Positions 51,878-64,000 of a DNA stretch of 64,000 nt are shown piece after piece (position 1 is the stretch's first letter; every line of letters starts with the position of its first letter). The notes under the pieces were generated by a model. The model worked only from the letters and a program-made list of their open reading frames with translations. It did no database searches and was not told the origin of the DNA. Position numbers and translations under genes: made by a program. The stretch is from Octopus vulgaris. Lineage: Eukaryota. Location of the stretch: assembly GCA_951406725.2 (NCBI GenBank), contig OX597833.1, positions 49,042,001 through 49,106,000 of the forward strand. The letters run 5' to 3'.

Positions 51878-54800
51878 AACAACAAACAAGATGAGGACAA
51901 ATATCTGTCAAATATAAATAATGTAAATAATGTACATAATTCCTCATCTGTTAAATATAGAACTGTATAAAATAAAATTTTTGCCCAAGAACACAACACA
52001 GCCCAGTCTGGGATTGAACTCACTACCTCGTGATTGTGAGCCTGATGCTCTAACCACCCTACTATACTGAGATAATGATGAAGGTCTTTGTCATCGTACT
52101 GTATTGGCTCAGACGGTTGGAAGTTAGAATCTCTGTCTTGTACTCTGTACCTAAGCAACACTCTGTTATTCAAACCTGGCTTGTGTCCATCTTTAGATTA
52201 TTTTGGGATTGATAAAATAAGTATTAGTATTTCATTGGCTTTTAGTTATATTTATTTGGCTACTCAAACTGAAATTATAACTAGAGATGAAATAATTGTC
52301 ATTCATGTTTCAGAAAGAAAGATGAAAGTTAGAATATAGAGTTCTTTGTGAAGCCAATATTATTTGGCTTATTTCACTGATATACATTGCCGTTCTTCCT
52401 AATGAGGTAGTATCTATGTGGTGGTCACTTAGTTTGCCAGAAATAGCAGCCAAATCTCTACAGAGAAGCACCTTTGTCTTTGATATTTTAGTTGTCCCTG
52501 CCATTGGACTGCAGCCGTGCAGTAACCCCATTTTGAAGGGTTTTAGTCGAACAGATGAACCCCAGTACTTATTTTTTTCATGTGTGGTACTTATACAATT
52601 TTCCCTTCCTTTTTTTAGCTAAACTGCTAATTCATGGGGATGTAAACAAACTAACACCAGTTGTCAAGTGGCGGGTGACAAATATAGACACAAAGACACT
52701 ACAGACATAAAAGCACACATGCACACACACACGTGCATGTGCACGCACATACTCTCATGCACACCTATATTTGGTAGGCTTCCTCGCAGTTTCCATCTAC
52801 CAGATTTGCCCACAAAGCCTTGATCAGACCGAGGCTATAGTAGAAATAAAGCCTTGATCAGACAGAGGCTATAGTAGAAGTCACATGCCCATGGTGGTGC
52901 ACCGTTGGATTGAACCCAAAACCATGTGGTAGCACAAACCAAGCTTCTTAACCACATGTCTGCATTTTGGGCACATCTGATAATTTAGTCCTAGATACCT
53001 TTAAGTACACAAAAATTGGATGGTTGTGTCTGAAGTACCTTTGATCATATCTTTTATCGTGTTTCAGTCATTAGACTGTGGCCATGCTGGGGCACCACCT
53101 CCAGGAATTTTAGTCAAACTAATTGACCCCAGTACTTGTATCCTTTTTAAGCCTGGTACTTATCCTGTTGGTTTCTTTTTTGCCAAACCACTAAGTTACA
53201 GGGACATAAACACTAGCACCAGTTATGAAGTGGTAGTGGAGGACAAACATAAACACAAAGATATATATATATATATACATATATAAAATGCAAAATGGGA
53301 CAAGAACGCAAAACATCTGGACAACTAGGTGATACAAAAAGGGACAACAAAACATCTAAATAGACGATACAAAAAAACAAGGATGGGTCATTCGAAGCTT
53401 TTTATCCTCAGTCAAGAACTGGATCATCCTCGCGATTTTGGCTGATTAATCTTGAGATTGCTCCAATCTGGCTAGCCCCAGAAAAGACTAAGCTAAGAGC
53501 ATTAGATTCCTTGGAAGAAAGAATTGAGTGTATACGAAAACAAGGACAGTAAAACAGACAATGTTACACGAATATAAATACAAAAATACAATAAAAATAA
53601 TAATAATAATAACTGGACATAACAACAGGTGTCTTTCGACTGGGGACGAATTGAATTAAGCTGGCGCATGTGGAAATGAAGCCTTACAGCAGAGATACAA
53701 AACTTTCACAAACACAGGGAAGAATATCGATGTAGCAGTCACCACGGTCAGATGCAAAAAGAGGACTGGCAGTCTGGCCTTTCGCTCAAGTGGGAAGAGA
53801 AGAGAGAGAAAAGGAGGAACAAAAGAATTAAGGAAGGGGAGGAGGAGAGAGAGAGGGTGTTGTAGAAGCAGATGGACAGAAGAAAAAGAGACAGGGACAT
53901 AGTGAAGGGAAAAGGGAGTAAGAAAGGCAAAGAAATGTGAGAGGTGGGGAAAAGAAAGAACGAATAAGCGTGAAAAGGTTGAAAAAGTCGTACAAAATTT
54001 AGTACGCACATGATAGGTTTCTTTCAGTTTCTTTCTACCAAATCCACTCACAAGACTTTGATCAACCTGAGACACTTGCCCAAGGTGTCACAGAGTGAGA
54101 CTGAACCTGGAACCATGTGGTTGGGAAGTAAGCTTCTTACACACAGCCATGCCTGCATCTAACATGTTTGAGGCTGGGGCTGATCTGGGGCCAAACAGCA
54201 ATAACAACCACTACTGTCTTGGCACCTTTACTGCCAGGTAGATTCACTTTGGTGCTGACTTGCTAATCAGGTTAGAATATTTGATGTGGTAATTTGTGAT
54301 CAGAAATATTCAGCAAGCCTTTTAGGAAGCCATTTTTAAGTATAAAATTATTGAATATTAAAGAGATTTTGAAATATATTAAATGCTTATCTAACAAAAT
54401 AATTAAAACGATAGAACCATCTTGTTTGCTTTACTTAAATTGATAATCAATAGCATTCAATAGAAACCAGTTTTAAGTCTGAAAAGCCGATCATTTAATA
54501 TTTGAGATTGCGCTGCTACTCTGGTATATGAATGTCTGTCACCGAGAAATAAATTTTGCTTGATAATGAAATATTTTATTTATTTATTTAAGAAGAAAAT
54601 ACGGTTAATAGCTATATCTAATTCATATGAGAGATAACACAACTTATATGTACTTAATACTAGTTATTTTACTGTGGGAAACATAAAAGAGTAATTTACC
54701 TAAAGTGGTTTACCTTCGTAGTTTTAGTTAGGAAGTTTTATATTACTATGGCTTGAGGTAGACATAAATATAATGGAAGTTAATTATTAATGACAGCAGT

Positions 54801-57618
54801 TTACTTACTTGTCTTCTGTAGAATTTACATCAGTTTCAAAACTTATTTATGTTATATTTAATGTGCCTCCAACTAAATAATGTCTGCACTAGATATGTAA
54901 CTGCTTCTTGAAAAAAAGGGTCATAGGCGCAGGAGTGGCTGTGTGGTAAGTAGCTTGCTTACCAACCACATGGATCCAGGTTCAGTCCCACTGCGTGGCA
55001 CTTCGGGCAAGTGTCTTCTACTATAGCCTCAGGCCGACCAAAGCCTTGTGAGTGGGAACTGAAGAAGCCCGTCATATATATGTACATATATATATGTGTG
55101 TGTCTGTGTTTGTCCCACCCCTCCCAACATCGCTTGACAACCGATGCTGGTGTTTACGTCCCTGTAGCTTAGCGGTTCGACAAAAGACCCCGATAGGATA
55201 AGCACTAGGCTTACAAAGAACAAGTCGATTTGCTTGACTAAAGGCAGTGCTCCAGCATGGCCACAGTCAAATGACTGAAACAAGTAAAAGAGTGTTAACA
55301 CTGTTAAAGTTCTGAAGTTTCTCTGGTTAAAAAAAACTCAAAAAAAACAGAACAAAACAAGCTATCGGTTAATGGCATTATCATATTGTTTGTTGGAATA
55401 CCCTCCACTTATTTGAGCAAGCAACCGACATTACATATTTTGTATCAAATATCTCTTACTTCTTGGTTCTCGTTATTCAAAAGTTCTTTATCTATCAGCA
55501 ACAGTGAAGTTGTACCCCCTTTTCTTTTTAACCTTTTGTAATTCTTTCAATAGCATGTGATAGCAGTCCATTCACAGAAACCTTCTAAAATAGATGTGCT
55601 AGCCATTATCAAGAGCTGAAAAGATCTGAACATTTTTTATTTCCTATGTAGCTGAATCTTTGGACATACAGAACATAAATGCTTCATTTATAGTGGTCAA
55701 AATTATTGTGCTCAGGTGTATATCATTGAGAAGCCTTCAGAAAAGTGAAACCATGTTTGATATTCTCACAAATCACTGCAGCAATGATGTCCATCTCGGT
55801 GTCATCATCATCATCATCATTGTTTAACATGCGCTTCCCATGTTGGCATGGGTTTGACGGTTTCACATGGAGCGGCGAGCTGGCAGAAACGTTTGCACGT
55901 CGGGCGAAATGCGTAGCCGTTGTTCGTCTGCAGTTACGTTCTGAGTTCAAATTCTGCCGAGGTCGACTTTGCCTTTCATCCTTTCGGGGGTCGATAAATA
56001 AAGTACCAGTTACGCACTGGTGTCGATTATAATCGACTTAATCCGTTTGTCTGTCCTTGTTTGTCCCCTTAGTGTTTAGCCCCTTGTGGGTAGTAAAGAA
56101 ATCAGTATTTCGTCTGCCCTTAGGTTCTGAGTTCAAATTCCGCCGAGGTCGACTTTGCCTTTCATCCTTTCGGGGGTCGATAAATAAAGTACCAGTTACG
56201 CACTGGTGTCGATTATAATCGACTTAATCCGTTTGTCTGTCCTTGTTTGTCCCCTCTGTGTTTAGCCCCTTGTGGATAGTAAAGAAATAGGTTTGACATG
56301 GAGCTGGCCAGCTGGGAGCTATCCAGACCCCAGTTGTCTGTTGTGGCATGATTTCTGCAGTGTGATGCCCTTCGTAGCACCAACCACTTAACAGAGTGTG
56401 CTGGGTGCTTTTTACATGCCACTGGCACAGGTGCATATACACAGCACCGGCATCGGTACATTTACACAGCATTGGCACTGTTGCTATTATGTAATGTCAA
56501 GACAACGACATATACACACACACACATATTGTATGACAGGCTTCTTTCAGTTTCAGCCAACCAAAGACTATGATTTTACTTAGCTTGGCATGTCTTACTG
56601 AGTACAGCAAATCACCACATCTCCCGGTCCCTTGTCATTTCCTCAGTAAGGCCCAGCATCCGAAGATCCTTTCCCACCGCTTCATTCCATGTCTTCGTGT
56701 CCAGGCAAGGTTGTTTATGGAAGACCATTAGTTGCCCATGCATACCAGCCTCCCGCTCTTCATACCACTGATTTAATCAAAGGGAAATGCAAAGGCCTTT
56801 CCCACTGCTTCATTCCATGTCTTCGTGTCCAGGCAAGGTTGTTTATGGAAGACCATTAGTTGCCCATGCATACCAGCCTCCCGCTCTTCATACCACTGAT
56901 TTAATCAAAGGGAAATGCAAAGGGGCCGATACAGCTTGGCACCAGTGACATCACAACTCATTTCTGCAGATGAGTGAACTGGAGCAATGTAAAATAAAGT
57001 GTTTTGCTCAAGAATACAACACACAACCCAGTCCAGGAATTGAACTCACTACCTCATGATTATGAGCCTGGTGCTCTAACCACTGAGTCATGTGCCTAAA
57101 AATCTAGCCAAGAATTAATCTGATTCTTTTTTTCCCTTCTGCATGTGCACTTTTAATACTGCTGCATTAAGCAGATATTGAGGCTGTTGGGTTTTGAAAT
57201 TATACTAAGAAATATCAATAATTGTCTGCACCATGATGTGTTAACCTAAAGTCAATGTTACTTCACAGAATTTCAAATTGTACAGAGCACCATAGAGTTT
57301 AGGTTTGTTCTGCTTCAGTGTGGTAATACATCTAGAAGGCAATTTATGAACAAAACTACTCTCTCTCTCCCTTCTGGAATAAAAGAATGAATAAATAAAA
57401 AAAATGAACAACTGCTTAAAGTCAATGTATTACACTGTAAAGGAAAATTTTATTTGGGTTTTTGGGGGTGAGGAGGTTAGTAGTGGGTGATAGATGAATC
57501 TGTATATATTTTATTTTAATGTTGTCTCCTGTTTAAATATGAACTTTAAAAAGATATTTAAATATAAAATTATGACAAGCTGTTTGTCAGCCACAGTCAT
57601 AACAGTAACCATGACAAC

Positions 57619-57659
<41 letters not shown>

Positions 57660-57921
57660 CTTCGAAATACTTTTAAGTAAATAAAGATAACTGAATCTAT
57701 ACCATCTCTGCATATAAATTATAAACTATAAACTGAAGTATGATTTAAAAGATGTTGTTGATATTTGTGGCTATTTCCATGCATGCAATAAAGAGATATA
57801 GTTTTAGGTAACTGTAAAGTGCATGTTTGTATATGTGTACATGTGTGTGTGTGTGTATATATATACATACACATACATATATATATGTATATATGAATAT
57901 ATATGTATGTGTGTATGTATG

Positions 57922-57946
<25 letters not shown>

Positions 57947-57952
<6 letters not shown>

Positions 57953-57991
57953 TTGAAAACTCCACTAGAGTGGACGAAAGCGCTAATATAT
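57947..57991 (+). ncRNA. Minimal type I hammerhead-like motif, U3:A8 core
   Basis: ATATAT | TTGAAAA | C TCCAC-TAGA-GTGGA C | GAA A-GCGC-T A | ATATAT. Confidence 0.6.
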
Positions 57992-60900
57992 GATATATGA
58001 TTTATAAAAACTTGTAACATACTAATAAATATCTGTAAATATAAAACCATCCAAATTTCTGAGTACCTCATTTCTTCTAATATATAATACATGTACATCA
58101 TCTCCAAACTTTCTAATATATATATATATAACCGTGCTTTTTCTGTTGTGAGTTTGCTACCCAGGTATTGGTTATCTTTCGAATTATCCGTAATAAGATA
58201 ATTCATTTGTCAACTTATATATATATATGTGTGTGTATATATATAAATTAGAGAAGAACCAACCTTTTATCAATTCAGCAATGAAATAACGATGATATAA
58301 TTAAATTATACCATATAGAAAAAAATTAGATATACAATAAAAACATATACCAATAATTAAGTAAAGTATAAAATAATAAATCAAAAGTACATAATTGGTA
58401 AAAGGACTACACGTGTTATATATATATAAACGCACACACACATGTGCGCACACGCACATATATTTACGTGTGATGTATTAATTTTGTTGGATCAAAGTTA
58501 AGCGGTGTTGAAAAAGTGTTAGTGATGGAAAAGGACAATAGATATATAAAAAGTTTGAGAAGTTCTGAATTTGACCATAGGTTTATTTATTTGGTTAGGG
58601 CTCACCAGGGCTAAATAACATCACATTTCTTGTATATACCCTAGTAACAAATTTTTTTTTTTTTTTTTTGTAGTACATTGTTATTTCTCACTGCCCTGCT
58701 GTTGTTAGACAAGATAAGTAGATTGTTGTTAGAAATCCACTTTATATAAGTCACGATTCTAGTTCATGTACTAAAGTACTTATATGTTGCAATCACCGAA
58801 GGTTTTTAATTATTTTCTCAGATTATTTTAATTCGTTTTATTGATTAAGTTTTATAAATCAGGATGAAATCAACTGACCCTGTGTATATTGCAGAATGCA
58901 CATACATGCACAAATATAGTTGTATAGAAAAATATTTGACTACTAGCTGGTCCCGTGCCATCGAAAACGACAGCTAATTCTAGTATTTTATATGTAAATA
59001 TGGATAGTAAATCCAATCAATTCACATACTTCCCTTGTACACACACACACACACACACACATAAACACATACACACATATTCACACAGAGTTGAAACACT
59101 GTTTGACTTTTCTTTTCAGCATTGAATTTTCACCATCCCACTTCCATTGTGTGCGCACACACACACGCACAAACACAAACAGACAAACATTCACATACCT
59201 CCCATTTACATACACACACATATACTCACACAGGGTTGAAACGGTCCCACTGCCAGTTTGCCATCACCCCTTTCTTCTTTATTCATCTATCACCCCTTCC
59301 TTTCTCATTCATATGTTGTGATGGAGAAAAACACAAGAGTATTATTTTAGTAGATGCTCTTCCAGGTTCAACTTTAACATTTGTTTGATTTGTCAAAACA
59401 ATTGGCTTTAAAGCTTCTTTATTCTTAAGGTCATTAACTGTGCCCTTGTACTTTTGGAAATGTTAGCTGCCAATGTGGGCAGTTGCACTGAGGCCTGCAC
59501 TGCCATACAAAACCACAGGCAAGACGAACAAAGAATGGTCTACAATTTACAAAGCACAAATCTGAAGCATCATGAAACATGTCTATTTAGCCTTTAGGTG
59601 CATGTAGGCTGTGTGGTTAAGAAGCTTGCTTCCCAACCATCTGGTCGTGGGTTCAATTCCATTGTGCACCACCTTGGGATGGTGTCTTCTACTATAGACC
59701 CAAACCGAACAAAATCTTGTGAGTGGATTTGGTAGATGGAAATAAAAAGAAGCTCATCTGGCTGTGTGGTAAGTAGCTTGTTTACCAACCACATGGTTCC
59801 GGGTTCAGTCCCACTGCATGGCACCTTGGGCAAGTGTCTTCTACTATAGCCTCGGGCCGACCAAAGCCTTGTGAGTGGATTTGGTAGATGGAAACTGAAA
59901 GAAGCCCGTAGTATATATGTATATATATATATATATATATATGCGTGTGTGTGTCTGTGTTTGTCCCCTTAGCATTGCTTGACAACCAATGCTGGTGTGT
60001 TTATGTCCCCGTTACTTAGCGGTTCGGCAAAAGAGACTGATAGAATAAGTACTGGGCTTACAAAAGAATAAGTCCCGGGGTCGAGTTGCTCGATTAAAGG
60101 CGGTGCTCCAGCATGGCCGCAGTCAAATGACTGAAACAAGTAAAAGATAAAAGATAAAAATAAAGAAAGATTATATGTGTTCGTGTGTGTCTGTGTGTAC
60201 CCTTGTCTTGATATTACATAATAGCTGTAAATGACATCATCATCATACAAGCGAGGTTGTTCATTTCCAGTTTTCCTTGAAAAATATGTCTTGTCATGGG
60301 AAAATGTGACCTTGCTTGGTAACAGGTGAGGGTTGGTGGCAGGAAGGGCATCTGGCCATAGAAAATCTGTCTCAACAAACTTCTGTCTGACCCATGCAAG
60401 CATAGTAGAAAGTGGACGTTAAATGATGATGATAATAATGATGATCCTGGATGAATTTCTGACACAGATTAGCCGACCTGAAAGAAAGCTGTAGGACTGA
60501 ACCCGGAACCATGTGGTTGGGAAGCACATTTCTTACCACACAACCACTCCTACGCTTATTGTTCGTAAACAGAAATTTTCTGTGCTCTTTTAATTAATTT
60601 ACCTACTTTCCATATAGACGATAGCTTTATATATATTTCCCCATCTAATTGTTGTGTAAACGTTGCAAATGCTTCACTCTCTACTTCTTTAACTTTCAAA
60701 TTTAGTTTGGCAGCTTCATATCATATCTTTCCATCCTTTTCTAATTAAATTCTGTTATCTATACTGTATTCTCTCATTTTATCACCATACAACTTTTAAT
60801 CGCATTGCAGATTTTAGTCTTCGTCTTTTCTTATGCTTTTATTTCACCATCTATTTAAATATTCCTTCTAATTTATCTCGCTCTTATGTTATGGCGTTTG

Positions 60901-61492
60901 TGATTTCTTTTGTATTGTCTCTCTGGTTTCTTAACATTTTCTTTCTGTAATAATGCATCTCTTACTTCGCGATAGCATTTGAGTGAAGTCATACATTGGA
61001 AAACTGTTGGAAGCCTGATTAAATTTTTGAGATTAGTCATTTACTAGTACAGATGGAGACATTCTTAGACTGTTGAATGATTTTTTTGCTTTTTGTCAAA
61101 CACAATTTTTTTTGTATGTTTTTTCGGGACGCATAGGAGAAGTAGATATTAAACTGTTGGAGGTGTTGATTTATATACTTACGGAAAAAAAAATAATAAA
61201 CGCTAAGGGGGCGGACACGCACATACACACACAGAGTTTAGTTAACAGTCTAGAAAATATTCCTAACAGCAGAGAAAGCCTATTTTGCCAAGAAAATGTT
61301 GGGGCTAGAAAAAAGTAGCTGTTTATGTGAAAAAGAGTGGCTGTGTGGTAAGTAGCTTGCTTACCAACCATATTGTTCCGGGTTCAGTCCCACTGTGTAG
61401 CGCCTTGGGCAAGTGTCTTCTACTATAGCCTTGGGCCGACCAAATCCTTGTGAGTGGATTTGGTAGACAGAAACTGTAAGAAGAATACCGTA

Positions 61493-61539
<47 letters not shown>

Positions 61540-62715
61540 GTGTGTGTGTGTATGTATATGTTTGTGTGTCTGTGTTTGTCCCCCCCAACATCGCTTGACA
61601 ACCGATGCTGGTGTGTTTACATCCTCATTACTTAGCGGTTTGGCAAGAGAGACCGATAGAATAAGTACTAGGTTTACAAAGAATAAGTCCTGGGGGTCGA
61701 TTTGCTCGACTAAAGGCATTGCTCCAGCATGGCCGCAGTCAAATGACTGAAACAAATAAAAGAATAAAGTTAACTCAGCATTATATATATATTTCCCATG
61801 ATATGGGAAATCTGGCCAGTGTGTTACTTGAATAATATAGGCATTTCCTCAAATACTGGATTACAGAAAACATTTCCTATACAGCGATGATCATAAACAG
61901 TAAATATCGTACACATGAATCGCATTAATTTATTGAATTGTGCAGTCAGGCGTCACACTGGGAATGATTTGTGTTGACATTGGAGATCCGATGATGCTTT
62001 GATAGAGACAAGTAAATCTGGTATGTGTTCTCTATGGTACAAAGACTAGACAGAATTAATATGAAGGAGAACTTGTCACTCTTCTCACCTTGGAATTTAT
62101 GTAGTTGAAAACAAGTTTTTATATTAGTACCAGTAATGCCGCAGAATTTCATTGCATTAAGCATTCTTTGTTGGTCTAACCTCTGCTTCTTCCCCATAGT
62201 TGAGTTCTAAAATATTTTCATACAGAAATTTGTACATGCTTGCTTACATAAATGCCTACTCACATACATGCATTGATGTGTCTAAAACATATACGAAATA
62301 TATTTAATTTTGCTGTAATGTTGGGGGTTATAGAATAGGCAGAGTCGTATGAGTGATGTTACTGCTTAACTTGATTGATGTTACTGCTTGTGGGAAAAAT
62401 TTAGCCTGTGTGTAAATTCATGAGAAAGCCTCTAATGTAGTCACACTAGCCATCAAAGTATCTATGAAACATATTCATTCAGCCTGCTAAAAAGAAATCT
62501 CCCTCTTTTACTTGTTTCAGTCATTTGACTGTGGCCATGCTGGAGCACCGCCTTTAGTCGAGCAAATCGACCCCAGGACTTATTCTTTGTAAGCCTAGTA
62601 CTTATTCTATAGGTTTCTTTTACTGAACCGCTAAGTTGCGGGGACGTAAACACACCAGCATCGGTTGTGAAGCGATGTTGGAGGGACAAACACAGACACA
62701 CAAACATATATACAC

Positions 62716-62764
<49 letters not shown>

Positions 62765-62961
62765 CATATATACGATGGCTTCTTTCAGTTTCTGTCTACC
62801 AAATCCACTCACAAGGATTTGGTTGGCCCGAGGCTATAGTAGAATACACATGGCCAAGGTTTCACGCAGTAGGACTGAACCTGGAACCATGTGTGTGGTT
62901 CGTAAGCAAGTTACTTACCACACAGCCACTCCTACACCTCAAATCACTTTTACCTTCTTAA

Positions 62962-63414
62962 ACCTTTAGCATTTAAACTGGCCATATCTGGCCAAAATAT
63001 TGTACCTGTTGAATAATATAGATATTGCCTCAATTACTGAATTACAGAAAACATTTCCTATACAGTGATGATCATAAACAATAAATATTGTGGACATGAA
63101 TCATATTAATATATCGAATTATGCCGTCAGGCGTTACACCAGGAAGGATTCTTGTTGACATTGGAGATCCGATGATGCTTTGATAGGGATAAGTAAATCT
63201 AGTATGTGTTCTCTATGGTACAAAAACTAAACAGAATTAATTAATTTATGTTAAAACCAGCCAGGTCTGACCTCTCACTCTTACTCTGCAATGTCATTCT
63301 AAAAATAAACAATTACATCATCAGTTTTCAAAGCTGTGAGGTAATGCAGATGGAATCAAAACAATGTGAATAAATAAGCATTACATTTGACAGAGAAATC
63401 TGAAAACTAGAAGG
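62962..63414. mobile_element. piggyBac-like TTAA MITE with a ~230-bp insert
   Basis: TTAA-ACCTTTAGCATTTAAACTGGCC ... CTAGAAGG-TTAA; body matches 27793-28013. Confidence 0.7.
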
Positions 63415-64000
63415 TTAAAAAAGGAAGGACACTATATTTGTATAAAAGGTGGATTGATACGGTTGAGGTGTCAATGTTTCTAAGTTCATTGAATCAGGGC
63501 TGACATACGTCAGTGTGAACTGTGTGGTGCGTCATTTCTGGAGAAGAATCATCATCATCGTTTAATGTCCGTTTTCCATGCTAGCATGGGTTGGACGGTT
63601 CGACCGGGGTCTGGGAAGCCAGGAGGCTGCGCCAGGCTCCAGTCTGATCTGGCAGTGTTTCTACAGCTGGATGCCCTTCCTAACGCCAACCACTCCGTGA
63701 GTGTAGTGGGTGCGTTTTACGTGCCACTGGCACAGGTGTGCCAGGGGAGTCTGGCAGTGGCCACGATTGGTTGGTGCTTTTTACGTGCCACCGGCACAGA
63801 AGCCAGTCAAGTGGGGGAAATGTTTAGAGTGGGTTTTAGTGGGTGAGACACAATAAAGATGATGAGAGGAAGAGAGAGATGATATTGTGTAAGCCTTATA
63901 ATAGTTCTCAGCTGATTTATTGTCAGGAGCCTGGACTATATTATTAAAATTTTCTGACGGATCCAAACATTGCTTAGCTTTTATTTAATTTATTGTTTGT

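Noticed and set aside
53286-53760. Repeat shared with 2290-2412 containing - strand CTGAGGA/CTGAAGA and CAGCCAAAAT
   Set aside because: It is a real dispersed element in TA tracts, but I could not fold a convincing hammerhead or HDV-like structure
47301-64000. Next MPPE1 exon (expected to start with REWQM-like codons)
   Set aside because: No acceptor followed by such codons found by eye (e.g. the acceptor at ~49442 reads RNRKFKCV*); probably beyond the window

Overview
AT-rich, microsatellite-dense animal genomic DNA. The repeat families resemble those of an octopod cephalopod; this is recognition, not a verified match. The only protein-coding exon I can firmly identify is the first coding exon of a metallophosphoesterase-1 gene (MPPE1/PGAP5-like, 47053-47300, + strand). 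A possible bidirectional promoter lies near 17.2-18.3 kb, with weak candidate exons of a divergent - strand gene. The rest is transposable-element debris: RTE and CR1-type LINE 3' ends, at least three tRNA-derived SINE families, a deleted mariner, a pogo/Tigger relic, TTAA and 8-bp-TSD MITEs, Helitron-like pieces, tandem arrays (129, 40 and 35 bp units) and long (TA)n tracts that generate almost all ORFs in the ORF track. The most striking signal is a set of about 10 minimal type I hammerhead-ribozyme motifs in at least 6 unrelated short non-coding elements. These are inserted in (TA)n tracts, often as head-to-head inverted pairs. Their cores show compensatory swaps of the tertiary 3:8 pair (C3:G8, G3:C8, U3:A8), and their stem III regions are palindromic, consistent with non-autonomous Penelope-like or retrozyme-like elements. 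Coordinates of degenerate repeats are approximate.
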